Of a stretch of DNA of 52,565 bases, positions 43,676-52,565 are shown piece after piece (positions within the stretch are counted from its first letter, which is position 1; the number at the start of each line of letters is the position of its first letter). The notes below the pieces were generated by a model. The model did not search any database, was not told the DNA's origin, and worked only from the letters and a program-made list of their open reading frames with translations. Both the position numbers and the translations under genes were made by a program. This DNA comes from an uncultured Clostridium sp. Its GTDB lineage: Bacteria > Bacillota > Clostridia > Christensenellales > CAG-138. The stretch lies in the NCBI GenBank assembly GCA_964546125.1, contig CAZJIS010000001.1, positions 7,571-60,135 of the forward strand, written 5' to 3'.

Positions 43676-44277
43676 TGGTCTATATTCTGTTCAAATTCAT
43701 CATCGGGCCGTTCATCGCCCTGTTTCTGCGCCCGATCGTCTACGGGCAGCAGAACCTGCGCATTAAGGGGAAAGCGATCATCATCTGCAACCACCGCTCG
43801 ATGCTCGATCCGATCGTGCTTAGCATCGTGACCCCGCGCATTATCCACTTCATGGCAAAAAAAGAGATCTTCCGCACGAAGCTTGGCAATCTTTTTTTCC
43901 GTTCGCTTTGCGCGTTCCCCGTCAACCGCAAGAACATGGATCTTCCCTCGCTCAAAAACGCGCTTACGGTGCTTGAAAAGGGCAAGATTTTCGGCATTTT
44001 TCCGGAGGGGAAGCGCGAGGTGTCCGATTCGCTCGATGAATTCGAGCGCGGCACGGCGTTCTTCGCCATCCGTTCCGGCGCGCCGGTGATTCCCGTTTAC
44101 ATCCACCCGGACGCCACGCGGCGCATCCGGCCCGTGCTGATCGTGGGCAAGCCCATCGACATCAGCTCCATCGTCGCCAACGCCAACAAATCCTCGATGA
44201 TTGAGGTTGTCACCGACGAGCTTGCCGACGCCATCGACGCTCTGCGGCTTGAACTGGAGGAGATCTATTGCGAGTGA
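43675..44277 (+). CDS. plsC: 1-acyl-sn-glycerol-3-phosphate acyltransferase
   Basis: TGATG junction with cmk. HX4D motif NHRSMLD. FPEGKR motif. Confidence 0.9.
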   Translation: MVYILFKFIIGPFIALFLRPIVYGQQNLRIKGKAIIICNHRSMLDPIVLSIVTPRIIHFMAKKEIFRTKLGNLFFRSLCAFPVNRKNMDLPSLKNALTVLEKGKIFGIFPEGKREVSDSLDEFERGTAFFAIRSGAPVIPVYIHPDATRRIRPVLIVGKPIDISSIVANANKSSMIEVVTDELADAIDALRLELEEIYCE

Positions 44278-46700
44278 TCGTCGCCCAAAACATCGGCTTT
44301 TGTTTCGGCGTGCGCCGCGCGCTCGACATGGCGCACGCGCTTTCGGGTGAGGGGCCTGTCTATACCCTCGGTGAACTGATTCATAACGAAAGCGTGATCC
44401 GCGAGCTTCGCGAAAAGGGCGTTGTGAGCGTTGACATGCCCGAAGATGCGCCCGAGGGGGCCGCTTTGCTGATCCGCTCCCACGGCGTTCCCCCCGACAT
44501 GCTCGCGCGAAGCCGCGCGCGCAACCTCGCGGTGACCGATGCGACCTGCCCGTTTGTCGAGCGCATCCACGGAATCGTGCGTGCCGAGCATAAGGCGGGC
44601 CGCCGCATCGCCATTTTCGGAGAGCCGCGCCACCCCGAATGTATGGGTATCAACGGCTGCTGCGAGAATGGCGCGGTATTTTTGAAAAGCGCCGAGGAGG
44701 TCGCGGCGCTCGACCCAACGGCAGCCTGGTGCATCGTTGCCCAGACCACGGCGGACGCGGGGGAGTATGGGCGTATCCGGCGGGCGGCGGCCCTGCGCCC
44801 GGGAGAGACGACCGTGTGCGATACGCTGTGCAGCGCCACGAAAGCACGCCAGAGCGAGGCCGCGCGCATGAGCGAAATTTGCACAGTCATGCTCGTCATC
44901 GGCGACAGGCACAGCTCCAACACGGCAAAATTGGCGCGCGTGTGCAAAAAAAGCTGTGATAACGTACATTCCGTTTCAAAAGTGGATGAACTGCCACTTG
45001 AAAAAATTCATGCGGATGATATAATAGGTATTGTTTCGGGCGCATCCGCGCCGGACGCGATCATTAGGGAGGTTATGACTAGGATGAGTGAACTGGAAAA
45101 GACGATGGCTGAGAGCCCCGTAGAAAACGAAGAGGTTAAAACGGAAGCAGCAGCTACCGTCGAAGAACCCGTCGTAGCGGTGGCCCAGGAGGAACCCGCG
45201 GTGGAACCCGCTTGCGCGTGCGAATGCACGGTTGAGGAAGCGGTTCCCGCGCAGGAAGAGCCCAAGGCCGGCGAGACCGACGAAACCGACAAGGCAGACG
45301 AAGCTGCTGCGGGCGCGGACAACGCGGATAACGCAGAAACCAGTTTTGCCGAGGCGTTTGAAAAAACGCTTGTGCGCATCCGCAACGGACAGGTTCTCAC
45401 CGGTTCCGTGGTGCAGATGAACGACGGCGAAGTTTGCGTGAACATCGGTTACAAGTCAGACGGATTCATTCCTCGCAACGAGTTCTCGTCGGACCCTGAC
45501 GTGAAGCCCGAAGACGTCGTCCAAATCGGCGACAAGATCGAGGTCGAAGTCATCAAGGTGAACGACGGCGAAGGCAACGTGCTGCTTTCCCGCAAGAATG
45601 TCGAGAGCAAAAAGATTTGGGATTCGCTCATGGCCGACGACCAGATCACCGATAAGGTCTTCGAGGGCGTAGGCAAGGAAGTGGTTAAGGGCGGCCTGAT
45701 CGCTTCGATCGACGGCATCCGCGCGTTCGTCCCCGCCTCGCAGCTTTCGACAAAATATGTTGAAAACATTAACGAATATGTCGGCGCTCCCATCGCCCTC
45801 AAGGTGATTGAGGTCGACAAGGCGCGCAAGCGCATCGTCGCCTCCCACAAGGCGGTCATGCTCGCCGAGGCGGAGGAAGCCCGCAAGCAGAAATGGGCGG
45901 AGCTTGAGGTCGGCTCGAAGGTGCAGGGCATCGTGCGCAGACTGACCGATTTCGGCGCGTTTGTCGACATCGGCGGCGGCATCGACGGCCTCGTCCACGT
46001 GACCGATGTTGCGTGGGGTCGCGTGAAGCATCCCAAGGATGTGCTCTCCGTAGGCCAGGAGATCGAAGTGCTCATCCGTGATGTGGATGTTGAAAAGCAG
46101 CGCGTTTCTCTCGGTTACAAGCAACTCCAGCCCAAGCCCTGGACGATGGCCGACCAGAAATACCCCGTCGGCTCGATCGTGGAAGGCAAGGTCGTGCGCA
46201 TCGTTCCCTTTGGCGCGTTCGTCGCGCTCGAGCCTACGATCGACGGGCTGATCCATATCTCCCAGGTGGGCGTGAAGCGCATCGCCAAGGTGGAAGATGA
46301 GCTCAATGTCGGCGATGCCGTGCGCTGCAAAGTGCTCGAAGTCAATGTAGAGGCCAAACGCATCAGCCTCAGCCGTCGCGAGGCACTCCTTGAGGAAAAC
46401 CCCGAAATCGCCCAAGAGCTTGCCGCCGAGAGGGCGGAGCGCGACCGCATCGCTGCCGAGCGTGCCGAACAGCGTGCCGCTTCGGATGCCGCGCGCCAGC
46501 AGCAACAGCAGGAGCGCAGCGAACGCCGCAGCTCGGAGCGCCCCGAGCGTTTCGCCGAGCGCCGCGAGCGCAGCGACCGTCCCCGCCGTGAAGAGCACGA
46601 TTACGACCTGCCGCCCGTGCAGTCCGTGAGCACCTCTATGGCGGATCTGTTCGCGGCGGCTCTTGGCAATACGGAACTGCCCGAAGACACGCAAGAATAA
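44268..46700 (+). CDS. ispH/rpsA: Bifunctional 4-hydroxy-3-methylbut-2-enyl diphosphate reductase (IspH) / ribosomal protein S1 fusion
   Basis: The N-terminal 280 aa or so are IspH/LytB (GFCFGV.RA, HN..V, ATCPFV, SSNT). An acidic linker of about 90 aa follows. Then come four S1 repeats (e.g. G..V.G.V....GE..V.IGYKSDGFIP) and a charged RE/Q-rich tail. TTG at 44268, or GTG at 44274. Confidence 0.9.
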   Translation: MRVIVAQNIGFCFGVRRALDMAHALSGEGPVYTLGELIHNESVIRELREKGVVSVDMPEDAPEGAALLIRSHGVPPDMLARSRARNLAVTDATCPFVERIHGIVRAEHKAGRRIAIFGEPRHPECMGINGCCENGAVFLKSAEEVAALDPTAAWCIVAQTTADAGEYGRIRRAAALRPGETTVCDTLCSATKARQSEAARMSEICTVMLVIGDRHSSNTAKLARVCKKSCDNVHSVSKVDELPLEKIHADDIIGIVSGASAPDAIIREVMTRMSELEKTMAESPVENEEVKTEAAATVEEPVVAVAQEEPAVEPACACECTVEEAVPAQEEPKAGETDETDKADEAAAGADNADNAETSFAEAFEKTLVRIRNGQVLTGSVVQMNDGEVCVNIGYKSDGFIPRNEFSSDPDVKPEDVVQIGDKIEVEVIKVNDGEGNVLLSRKNVESKKIWDSLMADDQITDKVFEGVGKEVVKGGLIASIDGIRAFVPASQLSTKYVENINEYVGAPIALKVIEVDKARKRIVASHKAVMLAEAEEARKQKWAELEVGSKVQGIVRRLTDFGAFVDIGGGIDGLVHVTDVAWGRVKHPKDVLSVGQEIEVLIRDVDVEKQRVSLGYKQLQPKPWTMADQKYPVGSIVEGKVVRIVPFGAFVALEPTIDGLIHISQVGVKRIAKVEDELNVGDAVRCKVLEVNVEAKRISLSRREALLEENPEIAQELAAERAERDRIAAERAEQRAASDAARQQQQQERSERRSSERPERFAERRERSDRPRREEHDYDLPPVQSVSTSMADLFAAALGNTELPEDTQE

Positions 46701-46714
46701 GCTTACATGTTCGG

Positions 46715-46744
46715 CAGGGCGAACCGCATGGTTCGCCCTGTTTT
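46715..46744 (+). terminator. Rho-independent terminator of ispH/rpsA
   Basis: CAGGGCGAACC-GCAT-GGTTCGCCCTG perfect 11-bp stem followed by TTTT. Confidence 0.85.
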
Positions 46745-47117
46745 GCGTTAACGCTGCGGAGGGTATACTAGCCGATATGACAGTGTGCGTTGCGCTTTCT
46801 ATAAGAAAACGGCAGACTGTCCCGCCGCCCCCTTCATCGGGGATGTAATGAGTATCCCGCTCCGAGCCGGCCCGGCCGACCTCGCACCTGATTTCCTAGC
46901 GCCCTGTCGGGCGCGTGAAATGCGGCGCAGCTGCAGGTTTTGGCGCATATCCGGCCGCGAGAAGGAAAAGCTGACCGCGAACGCGCCGCGATCAACCTCG
47001 AAATCCTGCTGCTCCCGACGTGAACCGGAAAACCCGAACCATCGGTTTTAGGATTGCCGCTTCCCCAAAACTACAAGATATAGTATAATAACCGATGGAT
47101 AAGAACAGAGGTGGGGC

Positions 47118-49628
47118 ATGAAAAAATCCGCAAGAAGCAAAAAGAAAAAGAACGCGGGGCGCGCGCCGGAGCAAACCAGGCGCGAGGCGCTGGGCGTCGT
47201 TTGGGTTGCGCTCGGCCTTTTTCTCGGTGCGAGCCTGTATTCCGATGCGGTGGGCATCCTCGGCAACGCGATCAGCGGCTTTTTCTTCGGCGCAGCGGGG
47301 ATCGCGGCTTATGTGGTCCCCGCGGTAATCCTTATTTGCGGCGTGCTCGTGATCGTGTTTTCCGAGCAGCCGGTGCGGCCGCTTACAGCGTTTCTCGTGG
47401 TGCTGTTTTTCCTTGCTCTTTTGAGCACAATTCACATCGGCGCGCGGGCCGATATCGGTTCGACAAAGCTGCTCGATTATTATAAGGATGCGTATCAATA
47501 CGGAAAAACCTATCGCGCGGGCGGCGGCGTCGTCGGCGCGCTGCTTGCCTATCCCTCCTTGCTTTTGATGGGGACGATCGGTTCCTACATCACATTCATC
47601 ACCGTGATGCTCATCGCCTTTTTGCTTACGACCAAGCTTTCTATCAAACGCGCGGGCGAGAAGCTCGGAACAGGTATCCGCCAGGGGGTGGATGCTGTGA
47701 GCGAACGCATCAGTGAGCGGCGGCAGACCCTCTACACCGAGGCGCTCAACGAGCCCGCAGAGGCACGTTCCAAGCCTGCCGCAAAGAAGCCAAAGGGCAA
47801 AAAAGGCGTGCGCGCTCAAGTACCCCTTGCGGTATTCGATTCTTATATCATCGAGCCGGCGCACGCAACCCATACGGACCACGACCTGCGAAAAGTGAAA
47901 AACGCCCCCGACGAGCTTGCGTTCATGCCCGAGAGCGGCGCGCTCGAGCGCAGGAATCCGCGCGAGGAGAAGCTCGCGCGCGATTTTGAACGCATGCCGC
48001 CCGAGCCGTTGCTCGAGCGCGACTATTTTATTACCGATGAGCTCGATGAACCCGGCGAGAGCCGGATTGCCCGCAACGCGCCGCGCACGCCTCCTAAAAA
48101 ACGCGAAACGCCGCTTCCCGAAGTTATCGTAGAACCGCCCGCGGAGCCTGTGCACCTCGAGTACCAGCGGCCGCCTTTCGATCTTTTAAACCCGGCCGAA
48201 CCCAACTTCGGCCCGGCTTCCGAGTCGCCGCTTGAAAAGGCAAAGCTTCTCGAAGAGACGCTTGCGACGTTCAACATCAGCGCGCGGGTCATCAATTACA
48301 GTGTGGGCCCCGTCATCACGCGTTTTGAATTGCAGCCCGCCAAAGGCGTGCGCGTAAACCGTATCACCGCGCTCTCGCAGGATCTCGCGCTTGCGCTTGC
48401 CGCGCAGCGCGTGCGCATCGAAGCGCCGATCCCCGGCAAGCAGGCCATCGGCATCGAAATTCCCAATAAAAACACCGCCAAGGTGCTCTTGCGCGAGGTG
48501 ATTGAATCGCGCGAATTCCAGAGCGAAAAATCCTCCATCGCTTTTGCTTTGGGCAAGGATATCGCCGGCAAGATCATAACGGCCGACCTCGCGCGCATGC
48601 CGCACATGCTTGTGGCGGGCACGACCGGCTCCGGCAAGAGCGTGTGCATCAACGACATCATCATCAGCATGGCCTATAAAGCTTCGCCAGAGGAGCTGCG
48701 CCTCGTGCTCATCGACCCGAAAGTGGTCGAAATGCGCATGTATGCGCCGCTGCCGCATTTGCTGCTGCCGGTTGTGACGGATGCGAAAAAGGCCGCAGGC
48801 GCGCTCAAGTGGACGGTCATGGAAATGGACCGGCGCTATAAGCTCATCGCCGAGCTCAACGCGCGCGACCTTGCGCGCTACAATCAACTCGTGGGTGAGG
48901 GGGGGGAGAAGCTGCCCCAACTCGTCGTCGTCATCGATGAGCTTGCCGATCTTATGATGGTCGCCGCCAAGGATGTGGAGGATTCCATCTGCCGCATCGC
49001 GCAGCTCGGGCGCGCGGCGGGCATCCACATGATCGTGGCGACGCAGCGCCCGTCCACGGACGTCATCACCGGCCTCATCAAGGCCAATATCCCCTCGCGC
49101 ATCGCCTTTGCGGTTTCTTCAGCGGTCGATTCGCGCGTCATCCTTGATGAGGGCGGCGCAGAGAAACTGCTTGGCAAGGGCGACATGCTTTTCCACGCCA
49201 ACGGGGCAGGGCGGCCCATACGCGCGCAGGCGGCGCTCGTCACCGACGAGGAGGTCGAGCGCGTGATGGAGTTCTTCGGCGAACATGTGATGGCAAAGCC
49301 GCTTTGTGAGGATGATTTTGAGCGCATCACCGCCTCCGCTTCCGCTTCTATAGCGCAGGGCAACGGCAAGCAGGAGGACGATTTGCTGCCCGAAGCCGTG
49401 AAGATCGTGCTCAACGACGGACAGGCCTCGATCTCGATGATCCAGCGCAAGCTGCGCGTAGGTTATGCGCGCGCCGCGCGCCTTATTGACATTATGGAAA
49501 CGCAGAAGATCGTGAGTGCGTCCGAGGGCAGCAAGCCCCGGCGCGTGCTTATCGGCCGCGGGGATTATGAGCGCATGTTCGGCGCGAATGCCGGCGCGGG
49601 AGGGGCGGCATATGATGACGAAAACTAA
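47118..49628 (+). CDS. ftsK: DNA translocase FtsK/SpoIIIE
   Basis: N-terminal TM segments, Pro/Glu-rich linker, motor with Walker A GTTGSGKS and Walker B VVVIDELADL. C-terminal gamma winged helix (SISMIQRKLRVGYARAARL). Confidence 0.95.
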   Translation: MKKSARSKKKKNAGRAPEQTRREALGVVWVALGLFLGASLYSDAVGILGNAISGFFFGAAGIAAYVVPAVILICGVLVIVFSEQPVRPLTAFLVVLFFLALLSTIHIGARADIGSTKLLDYYKDAYQYGKTYRAGGGVVGALLAYPSLLLMGTIGSYITFITVMLIAFLLTTKLSIKRAGEKLGTGIRQGVDAVSERISERRQTLYTEALNEPAEARSKPAAKKPKGKKGVRAQVPLAVFDSYIIEPAHATHTDHDLRKVKNAPDELAFMPESGALERRNPREEKLARDFERMPPEPLLERDYFITDELDEPGESRIARNAPRTPPKKRETPLPEVIVEPPAEPVHLEYQRPPFDLLNPAEPNFGPASESPLEKAKLLEETLATFNISARVINYSVGPVITRFELQPAKGVRVNRITALSQDLALALAAQRVRIEAPIPGKQAIGIEIPNKNTAKVLLREVIESREFQSEKSSIAFALGKDIAGKIITADLARMPHMLVAGTTGSGKSVCINDIIISMAYKASPEELRLVLIDPKVVEMRMYAPLPHLLLPVVTDAKKAAGALKWTVMEMDRRYKLIAELNARDLARYNQLVGEGGEKLPQLVVVIDELADLMMVAAKDVEDSICRIAQLGRAAGIHMIVATQRPSTDVITGLIKANIPSRIAFAVSSAVDSRVILDEGGAEKLLGKGDMLFHANGAGRPIRAQAALVTDEEVERVMEFFGEHVMAKPLCEDDFERITASASASIAQGNGKQEDDLLPEAVKIVLNDGQASISMIQRKLRVGYARAARLIDIMETQKIVSASEGSKPRRVLIGRGDYERMFGANAGAGGAAYDDEN

Positions 49629-50913
49629 GCGCGCGGGCGTCATTTCGCTCGGCTGCTCAAAAAACCGCGTGGATTCGGAGCGCATCCTCTCCTGTTTGCG
49701 GGATGCGGGCTTCGAGATTACGGCGGAGGAGGCGGAGGCGGACGTTGTGATCGTCAACACCTGCGGCTTCATCACTTCCGCCAAGGAGGAATCCATCAAC
49801 GCTATCCTCGAGGCCGCGCGGGGCAGAAAACCCGGCGCTTTGCTCGTCGTGACCGGCTGCCTTTCGCAGCGCTACCCCGAAGAACTTCGCGCGGAGCTGC
49901 CCGAAGTGGATGTTTTTCATGGCGTGGGCGATCCCGAAGGCCTTATCGAAGCGATTCGCCTCGAGATGGGCGAAGAGGGGCGCGTGCGCTACTGCGGCGG
50001 GCGCGTGCTCACGACCCCGGCTTATAGCGCTTATCTTCGCATTGCTGATGGATGCGACAACCGCTGCACCTATTGCGCGATCCCGCTCATTCGCGGCGGG
50101 CGGCGCAGCGTGCCGATGGAAACGCTGCTTGCGGAAGCGCGCGATCTCGCGCAAAGCGGCGTGCGGGAACTGACGCTCATTGCGCAGGATACCTCGGCCT
50201 ATGGCGCGGAGCTTTATGGCAAACCGATGCTTGGCGCGCTCCTTGAAAAGCTTGCCGCCATCGACGAATTGCGCTGGATCCGCGTGCTTTACGCTTACCC
50301 AAATACCATCGACGAGGCGCTCATCGATACGATTTTGCGCCACGAGAACATCGTTAACTACATCGACATGCCCATTCAGCATATCGATCCTTTGATGCTC
50401 AGCCGCATGAACCGCCACGGCACGGCCGAGCACATCCGAAGCATCACAAAATACATTCGGAGCGCATCGCACGATTTCATTTTGCGCACAACCGTCATGA
50501 CCGGCTTCCCCGGGGAGACGGAAGAGCAGTTCAGCCTATTGGCTGAATTTCTTACGGATAATCCGTTTGACCGTTTGGGCGCTTTTATCTACTCGCCGGA
50601 GGACGGTACGCCGGCCGCCGCATTCGCGGAGCCGGTCGAGGAGAGCATCGCCGCCCGCCGCCTCGAAACGCTGATGCTCAGGCAGCGCGCGGTTTCGCGC
50701 GAACGCAATCGCAGGCGCGTAGGCAAGGAATACGACGCGCTCATCGAAGAGGTAAAAAACGGCGTGGCGCTTTGCCGCAGCTACGCCGAAGCGCCGGAGG
50801 TGGACGGCGGGATTGCCGTTTCCGGCATCAAAAACGATGCGAAACCGGGCGAATTCATCCGCGTGCGGATCACGGCTGCCGGCGCATACGATTTGAAAGG
50901 AGTTTGCCTATGA
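49612..50913 (+). CDS. rimO: Ribosomal protein S12 methylthiotransferase RimO (radical SAM)
   Basis: ATG at 49612, 7 nt after GGGAGGGG, overlapping the ftsK end. LGCSKNRVDSE, VNTCGF, radical-SAM GCDNRCTYCAIP, TRAM C-terminus. Confidence 0.92.
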   Translation: MMTKTKRAGVISLGCSKNRVDSERILSCLRDAGFEITAEEAEADVVIVNTCGFITSAKEESINAILEAARGRKPGALLVVTGCLSQRYPEELRAELPEVDVFHGVGDPEGLIEAIRLEMGEEGRVRYCGGRVLTTPAYSAYLRIADGCDNRCTYCAIPLIRGGRRSVPMETLLAEARDLAQSGVRELTLIAQDTSAYGAELYGKPMLGALLEKLAAIDELRWIRVLYAYPNTIDEALIDTILRHENIVNYIDMPIQHIDPLMLSRMNRHGTAEHIRSITKYIRSASHDFILRTTVMTGFPGETEEQFSLLAEFLTDNPFDRLGAFIYSPEDGTPAAAFAEPVEESIAARRLETLMLRQRAVSRERNRRRVGKEYDALIEEVKNGVALCRSYAEAPEVDGGIAVSGIKNDAKPGEFIRVRITAAGAYDLKGVCL

Positions 50914-51452
50914 ACACGCCCAATAAGCTGACGATCCTGCGCATGGCCCTCACCCCGGTGTTCGTGGCCTGTTTTTACATTCCGGTGAGTTTTCGGCTCT
51001 ATCTTGCGGCCGCGATTTTCATCGTCGCCTACATCACCGATATTCTCGATGGGGCCATTGCGCGAAAGCACGGCATTGTGACCGACTTTGGGAAGTTGAT
51101 GGACCCCATCGCCGACAAGATCCTCACCGGCGCGGCGATGATCATGCTCACGGCCGAGGGCATGCTCTCTCCGATCGCCACGCTCGTCACCATTGCGCGC
51201 GAGTTCATCATCAGCGGTTTTCGCGCGGTGAGCGCGGGCAAAAACGTCGTAATTGCCGCGGGGCGGCTTGGCAAGCTCAAAACGCTCACACAATGCATCG
51301 GCCTTTCGCTGATGCTGCTTGGCAACCCCTTCTTCGGTCTTTTGGGCATCCCGCTCGACCAGATTTTGATCTGGCTTTCGGTGGTGCTCGCGGTTTGGTC
51401 GTGCGCGGAGTACATTCTCAAAAACACAAGCGCACTGAAGGAGACAAAGTAA
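50910..51452 (+). CDS. pgsA: CDP-diacylglycerol--glycerol-3-phosphate 3-phosphatidyltransferase
   Basis: ATGA overlap with rimO. CDP-alcohol phosphatidyltransferase motif DGAIARKHGIVTDFGKLMDPIADK. Confidence 0.93.
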   Translation: MNTPNKLTILRMALTPVFVACFYIPVSFRLYLAAAIFIVAYITDILDGAIARKHGIVTDFGKLMDPIADKILTGAAMIMLTAEGMLSPIATLVTIAREFIISGFRAVSAGKNVVIAAGRLGKLKTLTQCIGLSLMLLGNPFFGLLGIPLDQILIWLSVVLAVWSCAEYILKNTSALKETK

Positions 51453-51456
51453 AACG

Positions 51457-52565
51457 ATGACCTGCGAATTGATCTTTGTCGGAACGGAACTGCTGCTGGG
51501 GAACATCCTCAACACGAACGCGCAATATCTTTCCCAAAGGCTTGCGGACCTCGGCGTGAATTGTTATTTGCAAACGACCGTGGGCGATAACGCCGGGCGC
51601 TTGGAAGAAGCCGTTCAACGCGCACTCGCGCGCGTTGAACTCGTGATTCTCACGGGCGGCCTCGGCCCCACGCGCGATGATCTTACAAAAGAGACCGTGG
51701 CCGAGGCCTTTGACCGCGAGCTGGTGCTCGATGAAGCATCCCTCGCGCACATCAGGGGACGCTTCGCTAAAATGGGCCGCGAGATGACGCCCAACAACAT
51801 CAAGCAGGCGATGTTCCCGGCGGGCTGCCTGATTATGCCCAACCCCAACGGCACGGCTCCCGGCTGCATCGTCGAGGGGGAAGGGAAGGCTGCCATCCTT
51901 TTGCCCGGGCCGCCGCATGAGATGGAGCCGATGTTCAAGGCTTCGGTTCTGCCCTATCTCGAGGCGCGAAGCGGGGTGAAACTCTATTCGCGCATGGTGC
52001 GCATATTCGGCAAAGGTGAATCGAGCGTCGAATATGAACTGAATGACCTTATGGATCTTACAAATCCCACGGTGGCGCCCTATGCGCTCGCGGGCGAGGT
52101 AAAGCTTCGCGTGACCGCGCGTTGCGCAAACGATACGGAAGGGGAGCGCCTTGTGCGCCCCATCGTCGATGAGATCCGCGCGCGCCTTGGCGCGTTCGTC
52201 TATTCGGATGACGACAGGGAGCTGCACGAAGTCTGCGCCGATCTTCTTGCAAAAAGCGGCAAAACGATTGCCCTCGCGGAAAGCTGCACGGGCGGCATGC
52301 TCGCCTCAAAGCTTGTGAGCGTCCCGGGAAGCTCGCGCTTTTTTCTTGAATGCGCGGTGACCTATGCGAATGAAGCGAAGACCAAAAGGCTCGGCGTGAG
52401 CGAAGAAACGATTGCCCAATATGGTGCGGTAAGCCGGGAAACGGCGCTTGAAATGGCGCGCGGCATCCGCATGGGCGCGGGCGCGGACATCGGCCTTGCG
52501 ATCACCGGCGTCGCCGGGCCGGGCGGCGGCACCGAAGAGAAGCCCGTGGGCCTTGTGTATGTCGC
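51457..52565 (+). CDS. cinA: Competence/damage-inducible protein CinA (MoCF-binding + NMN amidohydrolase PncC domain), 3'-truncated by window end
   Basis: Not in the track because no stop occurs before the window end. MTCELIFVGTELLLGNILNTNAQYL..., LTGGLGPTRDDLTKE, C-terminal domain motif LAESCTGGML. pgsA-cinA order as in B. subtilis. Confidence 0.9.
   Translation, partial: MTCELIFVGTELLLGNILNTNAQYLSQRLADLGVNCYLQTTVGDNAGRLEEAVQRALARVELVILTGGLGPTRDDLTKETVAEAFDRELVLDEASLAHIRGRFAKMGREMTPNNIKQAMFPAGCLIMPNPNGTAPGCIVEGEGKAAILLPGPPHEMEPMFKASVLPYLEARSGVKLYSRMVRIFGKGESSVEYELNDLMDLTNPTVAPYALAGEVKLRVTARCANDTEGERLVRPIVDEIRARLGAFVYSDDDRELHEVCADLLAKSGKTIALAESCTGGMLASKLVSVPGSSRFFLECAVTYANEAKTKRLGVSEETIAQYGAVSRETALEMARGIRMGAGADIGLAITGVAGPGGGTEEKPVGLVYV

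Noticed and set aside
46785-47051. 88-aa ORF in the rpsA-ftsK spacer
   Set aside because: No RBS, a Arg/Cys/Pro-rich product and no recognisable domain. It is kept only as part of the unassigned-region finding.
7798-48155. Other long antisense ORFs (7798-8790, 12220-13158, 15065-16093, 16292-17257, 20424-21149, 37020-38111, 38136-39350, 42491-43660, 45456-46694, 46992-48155 and others)
   Set aside because: Each is fully overlapped by a + strand gene with strong family motifs. Their products are low-complexity R/A/G/H/P-rich. They do not respect the operon punctuation (RBS, overlaps, terminators) seen on the + strand.
1-52565. Search for CRISPR arrays, tRNA/rRNA genes, IS elements, integrases, toxin-antitoxin pairs or defence-system hallmarks
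   Set aside because: No direct-repeat/spacer arrays, no tRNA-like T-arm/acceptor patterns, and no transposase, recombinase or nuclease-helicase-type ORFs were seen. Composition is uniform apart from short AT-rich promoter spacers, so there is no sign of a horizontally acquired island.

Overview
This is a 52.6-kb, gene-dense, high-GC (roughly 60% or more by eye) stretch of chromosomal core from an endospore-forming Clostridia-class Firmicute. An Oscillospiraceae/Ruminococcaceae-like origin is only a guess from composition and gene content. I call 62 protein genes. All are on the + strand except an ABC ATPase/permease pair and rpmB. I found no rRNA, tRNA, CRISPR array, transposase/integrase or obvious defence island.

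The window is a chain of housekeeping and sporulation blocks that, as I recall it, is collinear with Bacillus subtilis:
- rqcH-gerM-rdgB-ysnB
- rpmB / prmA-rsmE-mtaB-HIT-rpsU
- ylmC-nrdR-pgeF
- spoIIIAA-AH
- asp23-amaP-DUF2273-nusB
- (tsaD-like)-xseA-xseB-ispA-dxs-tlyA-nadK-argR-recN-spoIVB-spo0A
- deoB plus a dacF-position PBP5-like gene
- M50 protease-scpA-scpB-ytfI-ytfJ-dacB-rluB
- an OadG-like/BCCP/carboxyltransferase operon
- surE-rpiR-histidine phosphatase-flavoprotein-cmk-plsC-ispH::rpsA
- ftsK-rimO-pgsA-cinA (cinA runs off the 3' end)

Many neighbouring genes are joined by ATGA/GTGA/TGATG stop-start overlaps. Most long minus-strand ORFs in the track are high-GC antisense artefacts.

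I see no clear-cut new multi-gene system. The items most worth a second look are:
1. An intact PBP5/DacF-like protein in which all three catalytic motifs are replaced.
2. An OadG-like membrane anchor whose C-terminal module is triplicated by a 117-bp in-frame tandem repeat, in an operon with no beta (pump) subunit.
3. A stripped-down SpoIIIAF/SpoIIIAG pair.
4. A TsaD/Kae1-like paralogue where folD sits in B. subtilis.
5. An inverted pair of perfect 0A boxes over a sigma-A-like promoter upstream of spo0A, whose product has an Asn in the receiver acidic pocket.
6. Two GC-rich or long non-coding stretches of unknown function (5419-5684 and 46745-47117).

All product calls rest on motif recognition and remembered synteny. 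No database search was possible.
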